Shown: positions 30,160 through 38,734 of the stretch, in pieces
How positions within the stretch are numbered: the stretch's first letter is position 1
How the letters are laid out: each line of letters starts with the position of its first letter
DNA from: Promethearchaeota archaeon
GTDB taxonomy: Archaea; Asgardarchaeota; Lokiarchaeia; Sigyniarchaeales; SOKP01
Direction of reading: 5' to 3'
DNA: 39,082 nucleotides
NCBI GenBank assembly: GCA_018238625.1
Contig: JABCSY010000032.1
Location: 1-39,082 of the forward strand
Made by a program: the position numbers and the translations under genes
Notes under the pieces: model-generated
Database searches by the model: none
What the model was told of the DNA's origin: nothing
The model's input: the letters and a program-made list of their open reading frames with translations, nothing else

Positions 30160-30345
30160 ATGGTTAAGAAAAAGGAAAATCTACTGGCCTTAGGAATGCT
30201 CTGCTTGATAATTGCGCTTCTTTTTAATATGTTTGGAAATTCCAATATAGTTCTTGATATAGTAATTTTATTGTTTGTTGGTATAGCTTTATTCTCAAAC
30301 GCGGGATACTTAGCAACAGCCACTTCTAAGAAAAAGAAGAAATAG
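30160..30345 (+). CDS. Small 2-TM membrane protein
   Basis: AGGAGG upstream; two hydrophobic helices flanked by Lys-rich ends. Confidence 0.6.
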   Translation: MVKKKENLLALGMLCLIIALLFNMFGNSNIVLDIVILLFVGIALFSNAGYLATATSKKKKK

Positions 30346-30380
30346 TTTTAATTAAGTTTTTTTCAATAATAAAGAAAAAA

Positions 30381-30629
30381 TTACATAATATCGGATAAGC
30401 TAAGGTTCTGATCGTTGGCAATCGCTTTCCACTGCTCAATGGCTTCAAGAGCGTCTTTTTCGTTTATTTGTTCGATGGCGTACCCTGCGTGCACGATTAC
30501 ATACTTTCCAACTTCCGGGTTTAATATTAAAGCAGTTATAACGGTTTGCTGTATTCCGTCAAAGTCTACCAAAGCGGAACGCTTTTCGACGTTAAGCTGA
30601 ATAATTTTCCCAGGGATAGCGAGACACAT
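30381..30629 (-). CDS. hypC: Hydrogenase maturation chaperone HypC
   Basis: MCLAIPGKI, VDFDG, GKYVIVHAGYAI. Confidence 0.95.
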   Translation of the reverse strand: MCLAIPGKIIQLNVEKRSALVDFDGIQQTVITALILNPEVGKYVIVHAGYAIEQINEKDALEAIEQWKAIANDQNLSLSDIM

Positions 30630-30771
30630 AATTATACGATTTTAAAATAAATATATCTAATTTTTCTAATATTTGAACCTAAAAATAATTAATGAATTAT
30701 ATAATAAACTTAAATTTAATTTACTATCATCACTTTCGTTAGTTAAACTTGGTTTTAAAACGTGAAATAAT

Positions 30772-31311
30772 ATGTTTTTAGAAAAATTAAAGAAATATCC
30801 TAGCGATTTAATTCTATTAATTCTAGCAGCTTTAGGAATTGTCATTCTTCTTACAATTAATATACTGGTTTTTGAACCGTTGTTTTCAGTATATGGATAT
30901 GGTATCTTAGATTTTGAATTTGCTTGGACTAAAGAGCAAATACTAATAATATTCGGCGTATGGGGAGATGAAGTAATGGCATCGCAAGCGGCGGGAGTGT
31001 ACTGGGACTTTCTTTATATCATTGGTTACTCAGTTCCTCTTTTCGCATTAATTTTATTCGTTTCAAGAAAATTGGACGAAAGAATCTTAAATATCGGCCT
31101 TTACATGAGCTTAACGCCATTTATAGCCGGAATTTTTGACATTGTAGAAAACATAAATTTACTCGTCATGCTCAACGAACCCGCGTTTGCATCGTTTGTA
31201 CCTTTAATTGCGTCTCTATCTGCGACGATTAAATTTGGTTTTTTGATTGTTGGAGCGATTTTCTTCTTAGTAACATTAGTTCTTCTCGTTCTCAAAAAAA
31301 TTAAAAAATGA
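30772..31311 (+). CDS. Uncharacterised 4-TM membrane protein
   Basis: I.DFEFAWT, DFLYI..Y, AGIFDIVEN, IKF pattern; hydrophobic helices. Confidence 0.7.
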   Translation: MFLEKLKKYPSDLILLILAALGIVILLTINILVFEPLFSVYGYGILDFEFAWTKEQILIIFGVWGDEVMASQAAGVYWDFLYIIGYSVPLFALILFVSRKLDERILNIGLYMSLTPFIAGIFDIVENINLLVMLNEPAFASFVPLIASLSATIKFGFLIVGAIFFLVTLVLLVLKKIKK

Positions 31312-31400
31312 GATAAGTAAATTTTACTTTTTTTCATTATTATATCTTTAAATCTTCAAGGTTACGATGTGGTAGTCGTCCATAAAAATAACAAAGTCGT

Positions 31401-32183
31401 TTAGATCTTATCAGCGTAAAAAGTTAACAGGTCGTCGAGCCAATTAAAGATTTCTTCTTTTGAAAGATTGTCAACGTTGAATTTTAACCGCTCTAATTCT
31501 TTGAGAAGGTTAATCATTTCTAAGGGAATTGATCTCTGGCACAATTCAAATAAAAGCTCGTTAGTTTTTGTGATTAACTCTTTTATCTTAGAGACTAAAG
31601 GTTCTATATCGGGCATATCTTCAAGACTAACGAGGATGTTAATAAGACTGAAAAGAAATTCCGTTTTGTTTCCTTTAAACGAGCTATCGAATCGATAGTA
31701 GTACCGATCTAAATACGCTAATGGCACTATTTCGTCGTAAGTATTTGCGATTTTAATTATCGATTTAATGTTTTTAAAAAGCAGCGAAGGAGCCCAAGTA
31801 AAAACTTGATAATTTGATTCTATATTTCCGCTGTGTATAACTGGAATAAACTTATGATCTTCTTTGAAGTGCCCAAAAGGGATAAGAATAAAATCTAGCG
31901 AATCTGAAGAGGTATAATCTTTAACATCAATATGCAAATTCTTTATTATGCTATTGAACACCGTCCTATGGTCGAGAATGTCGAACTCGATTTTATTTAA
32001 GCTTGGTTTGTAAATGTAAAAAATTAAACCTTCAAATCCTTGAAATTCTAAATCTAACGAAAAATTTAGCCTTTCTACAGATACGCTATCCGTGTCGAAT
32101 CGCAAATCTAACATTATATGCGAATAATTCTCGATGAATTGAAAAAACCAAGGCGGGGACCTCTCTTTATCGAACGAAATCAT
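31401..32183 (-). CDS. Hypothetical protein
   Basis: 260-aa ORF with GGAG SD; no motif recognised. Confidence 0.6.
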   Translation of the reverse strand: MISFDKERSPPWFFQFIENYSHIMLDLRFDTDSVSVERLNFSLDLEFQGFEGLIFYIYKPSLNKIEFDILDHRTVFNSIIKNLHIDVKDYTSSDSLDFILIPFGHFKEDHKFIPVIHSGNIESNYQVFTWAPSLLFKNIKSIIKIANTYDEIVPLAYLDRYYYRFDSSFKGNKTEFLFSLINILVSLEDMPDIEPLVSKIKELITKTNELLFELCQRSIPLEMINLLKELERLKFNVDNLSKEEIFNWLDDLLTFYADKI

Positions 32184-32439
32184 TTAATCTCAACTCCTAA
32201 TATATCTCATTAAGATGATTTATATATATTTTATACCTAATTTATACTTCTTCACTCGAAGAAATATGCTGCACATAAATAATTAACTCCAATATTTTTA
32301 ACATTTGCGATTCAAACCTATGATTGACTCTAAAAAGTTTAACATTAAAAAAAAAAGAATAATCTGATTTACAAGTAGGTTTAAAATTAAAATATATTGA
32401 AAAAAAAATATAAAAAAATAAAGTTATAAATTTGGTTAG

Positions 32440-33312
32440 TTATAAACCAAGTTTTTCTAACGTAGATTTCAATCGAATTCGGTGAAACTTCATGCCGATC
32501 TCGTCTGGAGTGAAGCCCATCGCTAAAGCGTAAAGCTCTGTGATATACATCACGGGAATAGCGTATTCGGTCTCGTATTTCTTACCTAAATCTCGTTGTC
32601 TCGTGTCGAATTGCTGATAACACGCGGGGCAATTTACAGCAATCACGTCTGCGCCAGATTTTTTGATGGCGTCCATCTTAATCTTTAAGTTAGCAAAGCC
32701 GTGTTCCTCGTAGGCGTTAGTTACAGCACTCCCGCAGCATAAAATTTCCTCTCCGTAATCTACAACCGTTGCTCCGCTTGCTTCTACGAGCTTCTTTAGC
32801 GTAGTTGGTCTCATGGGATCGTCTGACTCCATCCACTCGGCGGGTCGCATATAATGGCATCCTGGATGGACTGCAACTTTAAGACCGTTAAGTGGTTTAG
32901 TTATCGCTCCTTTGACCTTGTCTAAATTATCGCTCAACACATCAACAAAATGCTTAATGTCTATTGTGCCGTTATATTGTTTCCCGATCTTAGCGAGCTC
33001 TTTATTAACCTTACCCATTTTCCAAGAGTCGTGCTTTAATTGATGCTGGACCCCTCTAAGCGTATTTGTGCAACCATTACAAAGAGAAATTATGTCTTTT
33101 CCTTCAGCTTCGGCTAAACATAAGTTCCGAGCGCCAATCGCTAACCAAGCGTCGTTATCAAACGATTTCATGCCCGTAGGGTCAGGGCAACACGAGAAAG
33201 GTGCTTGCGACGTTTCAATTCCAACTTTATCAAAAACTTTTCTGGATGCCGCTTCTAGGAAAGGAATACGTTTTCCGATGTAACAACCCTCAAACATTTT
33301 ATATTCTGTCAT
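32440..33312 (-). CDS. hdrB: Heterodisulfide reductase subunit B
   Basis: Two CCG domains: GC...SCCP...CNGC and GCH...CCG...CPAC. Confidence 0.92.
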   Translation of the reverse strand: MTEYKMFEGCYIGKRIPFLEAASRKVFDKVGIETSQAPFSCCPDPTGMKSFDNDAWLAIGARNLCLAEAEGKDIISLCNGCTNTLRGVQHQLKHDSWKMGKVNKELAKIGKQYNGTIDIKHFVDVLSDNLDKVKGAITKPLNGLKVAVHPGCHYMRPAEWMESDDPMRPTTLKKLVEASGATVVDYGEEILCCGSAVTNAYEEHGFANLKIKMDAIKKSGADVIAVNCPACYQQFDTRQRDLGKKYETEYAIPVMYITELYALAMGFTPDEIGMKFHRIRLKSTLEKLGL

Positions 33313-33328
33313 TTTTTTATCATTCCTC

Positions 33329-33847
33329 CTATTTTAGCTTTTTATCTACTCCAAGGTTTTTTAATAAAGTTTGGAATTCATAAACATCTGGATCCGCAAC
33401 AGGGGGTAGACCTAACTGTTCTCGTCTACGACCTATAGGACCCTTCCCCGTATGTGAGATTGGGATCGCTTTTCCACCCTCAAAAATTGCTCTCGCTTGT
33501 GAATAAATAAATTCAGGCGCATTTCCATCCGCTACGCTCTGGTTCTTTAATAAGGTAAAGATCTCAGTTAATTCGATGTTCTGTGGGCAGACCTCATCGC
33601 ATGTATCGCACACTGTACAACCCCAAATTGCTAAGGGGTCGGCGTCAAATATCGCATCTTTGTACCCTAATAAGGCATTTAGTATATTACTCCTTGGATT
33701 GTACCCTGTAGTCGTATAGAAGTCTGTTGTTACGTTAGTAATTGGACAGTTGTCTGAACAACGACTACATTGGTAGCAATATTTAATCAAATCAGACCCG
33801 ATATGATAATCCATAACTTGTTTTCTAAATTCAAAATCTATTGTCAT
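33329..33847 (-). CDS. hdrC: Heterodisulfide reductase subunit C
   Basis: CYQCSRCSDNCP and CTVCDTCDEVCP 2x[4Fe-4S]; ATG at 33847 preferred over GTG at 33856. Confidence 0.92.
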   Translation of the reverse strand: MTIDFEFRKQVMDYHIGSDLIKYCYQCSRCSDNCPITNVTTDFYTTTGYNPRSNILNALLGYKDAIFDADPLAIWGCTVCDTCDEVCPQNIELTEIFTLLKNQSVADGNAPEFIYSQARAIFEGGKAIPISHTGKGPIGRRREQLGLPPVADPDVYEFQTLLKNLGVDKKLK

Positions 33848-33895
33848 TTTTTTCACTTTTTTCCATTTTTTCGTTCGTTTTTATTTAAAACATTT

Positions 33896-33970
33896 ATTGG
33901 CTTTTACCCCGCACAGGGGGCAGTTATATCCAATCTATTTTTTTTTATTGGACATTCATCCTAAGCCAAC
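33896..33970 (-). promoter_or_regulatory. Candidate SECIS-like RNA element for vhuU
   Basis: Minus strand: AUGA, then 9-bp helix AUGUCCAAU/AUUGGAUAU capped by an A9-UAG loop; side hairpin CCCC-CUGUGC-GGGG; outer helix GUUGGCUU/AAGCCAAU; 3' side of the core is AA rather than GA. Confidence 0.55.
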
Positions 33971-34108
33971 ATTCAACTTGCGAGAGTAGATCTCTTCGCC
34001 GTCCTCTTTTACTACAGTAATGTGGGCGGCACACGATAGTCAGCAGTCAAAACAACGGACTATCATTTCTAGGAAATTTACTACTCCTTCCGGAATTTCT
34101 TCGCTCAT
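33956..34108 (-). CDS. vhuU: Selenocysteine-containing hydrogenase subunit VhuU (separately encoded C-terminus of the large subunit), 50 aa
   Basis: MSEEIPEGVVNFLEMIVRCFDC-U-LSCAAH-ITVVKEDGEEIYSRKLNVGLG*; in-frame TGA at 34040-34042 lies at the Ni-ligand position of the L2 motif; absent from the ORF track. Confidence 0.92.
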
Positions 34109-34137
34109 TTTTTTTTCACAGTTTCCTTTTTTTTATT

Positions 34138-35442
34138 TTATTTAATCCAAGGGTCTGGTAATTTTAATCCTTCCAAGGCTTTATCTTCGAACACTTGTTT
34201 AGCAACGTGCATTAAAGTCTTCTCGATTCCAGCGATATTGTGGTTCGTTGCAACTAGAAGATTTAACTTCTTGCATATTCCTTGATCGTCAGACCAGATA
34301 TTATACAACAATATACCTCTGGGAGCTTCAACAACGCCAACACCGTTACCTTCTCGCGGTTCGACATCTAACGTCTTGCAATCGGGATTCACTATGTCAG
34401 GGTCTTCAAGATATTGTGCGATTAATTCAATTGATTCTACTGCTTCAATAATTCGCGCCCAATGATAGGCAAACGTGTGATGCGAAACATCGCCAATTTT
34501 GGCTTTCATTTCCTTTAAAGCCCCATCAGCTAATGGTGTTGCCATTTTATCAGCGCAATTCGTCATTGCTAGAGTATTAGCTCTATAAATGCCATCAGGA
34601 TAACCCGCTGGTTTATAATACGTGTGTGTAGCGTAAGAATGATCAGGAATGTGTTCTCCTATAACATCCAGATAATCGTGAACATCATAATCAATCCTTT
34701 TACCATCGGGGGTGACTATTCTTAGATCGCCATCGTAAATGTCGTGTACTCCGTTTTTCGTCATACCAAGATAATAAGTTGGCACAACACCTACATTAGC
34801 AACGACATCCCAATAATCAGTTACAACCTTTAGCGCAATATCAACGGTCTTTAGCATGAAATCAACTTGCTCAGGAACCATTTTTAAGAATTTATCCCTC
34901 GCGGTTTCGTCCATCGGTTTCTTCATTCCACCCACAATCGCGGAAACGGGGTGAACTGACTTCCCACCGATTTCAGCGCATAATTTTTGGCCGAAATCCA
35001 TCATCTTTAACGCCATCGCTCCCACATCGGGCATCTTATTAATCACATGAACGACATTCCTTAACGCAGGGTCTGCAAAAGGCCCTAAGAGGAAATCAGG
35101 TGCCGCTAACGCGTAAAAGTGCAACATGTGCGATGAATACTGCTTCGCATTCATTAACAATTGTCTAAGTTTATATGCTGGCGTTGGAATTTCAACCCCC
35201 CAAGCGTCTTCAACCGCTTTAGTTGGAGCTAAGTGATGAGGAATAGGACAGATTCCGCAAATCCGTGGAGTAATCCTTGGTACATGCTCACAATATCTGC
35301 CCTCGCAGAATTTCTCAAAAAATCTCGTCGAAGTGATATTAAATTGGGCTTCTTTTACCTTACCATCGTCTCCAATAACAATTCTTAATCCTCCATGCCC
35401 TTCTAAACGTGTGACTGGTTCAACTATTATTTCTTTTACCAT
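34138..35442 (-). CDS. vhuA: F420-non-reducing (group 3c) hydrogenase large subunit lacking the L2 motif
   Basis: EPVTRLEGH, L1 motif RICGICPIPH, GG..VHP, EAPRG, AT.HN; ends ...LPDPWIK with no DPCxxCxxH; ATG at 35442. Confidence 0.92.
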   Translation of the reverse strand: MVKEIIVEPVTRLEGHGGLRIVIGDDGKVKEAQFNITSTRFFEKFCEGRYCEHVPRITPRICGICPIPHHLAPTKAVEDAWGVEIPTPAYKLRQLLMNAKQYSSHMLHFYALAAPDFLLGPFADPALRNVVHVINKMPDVGAMALKMMDFGQKLCAEIGGKSVHPVSAIVGGMKKPMDETARDKFLKMVPEQVDFMLKTVDIALKVVTDYWDVVANVGVVPTYYLGMTKNGVHDIYDGDLRIVTPDGKRIDYDVHDYLDVIGEHIPDHSYATHTYYKPAGYPDGIYRANTLAMTNCADKMATPLADGALKEMKAKIGDVSHHTFAYHWARIIEAVESIELIAQYLEDPDIVNPDCKTLDVEPREGNGVGVVEAPRGILLYNIWSDDQGICKKLNLLVATNHNIAGIEKTLMHVAKQVFEDKALEGLKLPDPWIK

Positions 35443-35454
35443 TTTTTTTTCCAC

Positions 35455-36771
35455 CTATCTATAATTTTTATTAGTCGCTAACGTAAACTTCTCAGCGAAG
35501 CCTAGCTTATCTTTTATCTGGACAAGCAGTTCCTCTTTTGATAAAGCTACGTTATAACCTTTCGTTACTACATCGACATATCGTTCAATTTGGTCAACGT
35601 TCCAAGCCGTTTGTCCGTAACAACCAGAACAAGGCGTATTGACTTTAAGGCACAATCCACCACATCCCGCTTTTGTTATAGGCCCCGCGCAGAGATATCC
35701 TTGCTCGATTAAGCAATCCTCCATGTTAGGAAGTCCTTCGTAATCACGCTTTACTTTTGTCATTTGAGACTTACTCCCAATTTCTCGTGGACAAGTATCG
35801 CACACAGTAGAAATCTCTGTAAAATCTCTATGATTTTTCAAAAATGCCATAACCTTTGTTGCGATGTTTCCAGTTTCATTTGGGAGATTAGCTAACGAAG
35901 TTTGAGCTTCTCCTGTTTTTTTTACTTGCTGTAATATATCTCCAGCAAGGTCAAAACCCGCCATTAGTGGTAAGTTAAGGAAAAGCGTTAAAAACTCGTA
36001 CAAATTCTTTTTATCGCCTGAACTGATTTGTTCGAGGTTCTCTGTCATCTGTGCTAGTTTACTTACTCTCGGAGAGACTGATTTTGCAGGACCTAAGCAT
36101 CCAACGCATGGGTTTCCGTCGTCAGTACATTTTAAAGTACACCCAGTACTCGTAATGGGGCCAAAACACAATGTACCTTTCTCTAAAAGACAATTCTCGT
36201 TGTTTAAAGAGCAATCGTTGCAGAATGCTGTTTCACTCATAGGTTGTGGTTTTTGTCCAAGTAAGAATTCAACTGCCGAAAATATAGCTTCAGGTTTAGG
36301 AGGGCAACCCCCCATAAAAACATCAACCTTAATAATTTCGTCAAGAGGAACTATTTTACTGGCAAAACCAGGCATATGTTCTTTTGGTTCCTTAGGATTC
36401 TCGTTAGTAATGGATTCTGCTTCTGTAAACTTCCTAGCGATTGCTTCTTGGATGTCCCATTGATTGGCTAATCCATGAACGTTTCCATAACACGCGCACG
36501 AGCCGAAAGCAATAATGAGTTGACATTTTGCTCTCATTAACTTAGCGTTTTCTATGTCTGCATTGGTTCTCATACTGCCTTCAACAAAACCTACGAGAAT
36601 GTCTCCGTCTGGTCGTGCCTTTAACGAATCGTGCTTGAAATCAACGACAGCTGGCCAATAAACGATATCGAGTGCTGGAAGTATTTTCAACAATCCCAAA
36701 TGTGCGTTCAACAGAGATTGGTGGCAACCCCAACAGTCGCTACTTTGCATAAATGCTACTTTAACTGCCAT
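35455..36771 (-). CDS. vhuG: Group 3c hydrogenase small subunit with duplicated C-terminal Fe-S module
   Basis: DCWGC, VEG, GSCACYG, GCPP; two copies of CxxC...CL...G.LC.GPIT..GC...C.....PC.GC.G. Confidence 0.9.
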   Translation of the reverse strand: MAVKVAFMQSSDCWGCHQSLLNAHLGLLKILPALDIVYWPAVVDFKHDSLKARPDGDILVGFVEGSMRTNADIENAKLMRAKCQLIIAFGSCACYGNVHGLANQWDIQEAIARKFTEAESITNENPKEPKEHMPGFASKIVPLDEIIKVDVFMGGCPPKPEAIFSAVEFLLGQKPQPMSETAFCNDCSLNNENCLLEKGTLCFGPITSTGCTLKCTDDGNPCVGCLGPAKSVSPRVSKLAQMTENLEQISSGDKKNLYEFLTLFLNLPLMAGFDLAGDILQQVKKTGEAQTSLANLPNETGNIATKVMAFLKNHRDFTEISTVCDTCPREIGSKSQMTKVKRDYEGLPNMEDCLIEQGYLCAGPITKAGCGGLCLKVNTPCSGCYGQTAWNVDQIERYVDVVTKGYNVALSKEELLVQIKDKLGFAEKFTLATNKNYR

Positions 36772-37032
36772 TTTTTATCATTTATAGTTTTTATTTATGA
36801 TTTTTGATTTATAAAATATTAGTTGTGATTATTTAATCACGAATTAATAAAAAAAGTTCTGTTTTTCTTAGCTTTAGAGTAAAAATTTTGTTATAGTTTT
36901 ATGGTAGATTTAGAATGATCATTCAATATCGAATATTTTTAGTTTGGGTTAATTAGCGCAGAGATTTATTTTGAATACTCATTCTTATTGAATATTATTT
37001 GATCGTTTTTTTACAAATTTGTTATTAGCATT

Positions 37033-37289
37033 AAGGAATTTGATAATATATTTTAAAAAAAAGGAGAATAAACTAAAAGAAATTAACTTTTCCTTTCAGA
37101 AAAGCTATATTTCTTCATTTTGAATACTCGGTATTATCGAATAAACTTACTTTTACAGAGAATAATGATTTTTAGCAATAATTGATCTTTCCTTTTTATA
37201 GTTTGATAATATTATGAAGGAATTTGATCATTTCTTTTAAAAAAGGAGAATAAGTCAAAGAAAAATTGACTTTTCCTTTGAGAAAAACT
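37033..37289. repeat. Imperfect direct repeat (2 copies, 184-bp offset) containing inverted repeats
   Basis: AAGGAATTTGAT...AAAGGAGAA-N19/20-TTTTCCTTT.AGAAAA.CT at 37033-37106 and 37217-37289. Confidence 0.8.
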
Positions 37290-37436
37290 CAAATATAAAA
37301 CTTTTCTTTTTCTGAATAATGATTAATTAAATTTAAATTGAGTATAATATAATTTAAATTATCGATTTTTAATCGAATGATTCTTTAATGAATCTTTATT
37401 CACATAAAAAAAAACAAAACAACTAGGTAAAAAAAA

Positions 37437-37670
37437 ATGGTTGACATTACAGAAACTTTGGATGTTTCGGGCGAGGTTTGCCCATATCCAGACGTAAAAA
37501 GTAAAAGAAAAGTTAAGAAAATGAATTCAGGAGAAGTTCTCGAGATTCTTGTCGATTATCCTCTCTCAGCTGAGAGGATTCCTGAGACAATGGAATCTTT
37601 AGGCCACAAAGTTCTTTCTAACGAAAAAACAGGTACTTCGGCGTGGAGAATCCTGATTCAAATAAAATAA
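37437..37670 (+). CDS. tusA: TusA/SirA/YedF-family sulfur (or selenium) carrier
   Basis: LDVSGEVCPYP, GEVLEILVD. Confidence 0.9.
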   Translation: MVDITETLDVSGEVCPYPDVKSKRKVKKMNSGEVLEILVDYPLSAERIPETMESLGHKVLSNEKTGTSAWRILIQIK

Positions 37671-37683
37671 GGTGAAAAAATAA

Positions 37684-38712
37684 ATGGAATTTATGTATGC
37701 TTTAATAGGTGGGCTTATAGTTGGAGCCCTATTTGGTTTCGTGTTGCAACGTGGAAGATTCTGTATGAACTCTGCCTTCAGAGACATAATCCTATTGAAA
37801 GAATTTAAACTGGCAAAAGCAGTAGTTATCGCCTTGATAACTCTGATGATCGGTTTCGCTATATTTGCTATGGCTGGAGTAATTGCTTTAGATCCAAAAC
37901 CTTTAAAAATATGGGGTGCGGTTGTCGGAGGTCTAGTATTTGGTATTGGAATGGTTCTTGCAGCGGGATGTGCTAGCGGAACCACATATCGAGTAGGAGA
38001 AGGTATGATGGGTTCTGTCGTAGCTGGTTTTGGATTAACACTCGGAGCTTTAATGACTAAATTCGGCGTTTTAAATGATGCTATGAAATTTTTGCAAACT
38101 ACAGTAATTGGAACAAAACTTACGCTTTTTGGAGAATTTGGAGAACTCACACCGATTTTTATGCTTATCTTAGGTATTGTCGGTGCTGCATTGACATTTT
38201 ATTTCTGGGGATTACCAGCGCTTAAAAATAGAAAAGAAGGCGAGCCTTTAATAAAATTTGACAACGCAGTTGAATCAATCTTTAAAAAAGCTTATCCTTG
38301 GTGGGTTACTGGAATCGTTATTGGTATAATCGGAACTGCAGCTTATGTAGTTGCTAACGGAGTGCTAGGAATTACTGGAGGGTGGATGGATCTAAGCTTA
38401 TGGCTTACTACAGCAGATCCTGTCGCATGGGCAGGTTTTATAATTGTTGGTATTATCCTTGGAGCTTTCCTTGGCGCTATTATTAGCGGCGAATTTAAAA
38501 TTAGAGTTCCTAAAGATGGATTGACATTATTAAAACAATTGATCGGCGGAATTTTAATGGGTTTTGGCGCTGTAACAGCAATGGGATGTAACATTACCAA
38601 TATCTTAGGCGGTGTTCCACAGCTTTCATTACATAGTATTATTACGGGAGCCTGTATAATGTTTGGTTCTTGGATAATGGCTTATCTTCTCTTCATGAGA
38701 GATAGCGATTAA
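37684..38712 (+). CDS. YeeE/YedE-family thiosulfate/selenium-compound transporter
   Basis: FGFVLQRGRFCMN, FGIGMVLAAGCASG, LMGFGA..AMGCNI; three conserved Cys. Confidence 0.92.
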   Translation: MEFMYALIGGLIVGALFGFVLQRGRFCMNSAFRDIILLKEFKLAKAVVIALITLMIGFAIFAMAGVIALDPKPLKIWGAVVGGLVFGIGMVLAAGCASGTTYRVGEGMMGSVVAGFGLTLGALMTKFGVLNDAMKFLQTTVIGTKLTLFGEFGELTPIFMLILGIVGAALTFYFWGLPALKNRKEGEPLIKFDNAVESIFKKAYPWWVTGIVIGIIGTAAYVVANGVLGITGGWMDLSLWLTTADPVAWAGFIIVGIILGAFLGAIISGEFKIRVPKDGLTLLKQLIGGILMGFGAVTAMGCNITNILGGVPQLSLHSIITGACIMFGSWIMAYLLFMRDSD

Positions 38713-38734
38713 GGAAAGGAGTTGACGAAAAAAA

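Noticed and set aside
8285-31311. Sec readthrough at other TGA-terminated genes (gelsolin, GNAT, Zn-ribbon copy 2, acyl-CoA ligase, 30772 membrane protein)
   Set aside because: Their TGAs are at natural C-termini, not at Cys-equivalent motif positions
33956-34108. vhuU as a nonsense pseudogene fragment of mvhA
   Set aside because: The TGA falls exactly at the known Sec position, the frame continues with conserved SCAAH and a cleavable tail, and the gene has its own start context
32440-36771. hdrBC/vhu as evidence of methanogenesis
   Set aside because: No mcr/mtr genes in the window; Hdr/Mvh modules are widespread in non-methanogens
36995-37325. Intergenic repeats as a CRISPR array or IS/MITE ends
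   Set aside because: Only two degenerate copies, no spacer periodicity, no cas or transposase gene, no target-site duplication seen
16870-38600. Remaining nested ORFs (e.g. 16870, 23255, 24080, 26057, 27438-28501, 29429, 30075, 30415, 31101, 31468, 33068-33964, 34248, 36155, 37599, 38343)
   Set aside because: All overlap stronger genes on the opposite strand and lack recognisable features
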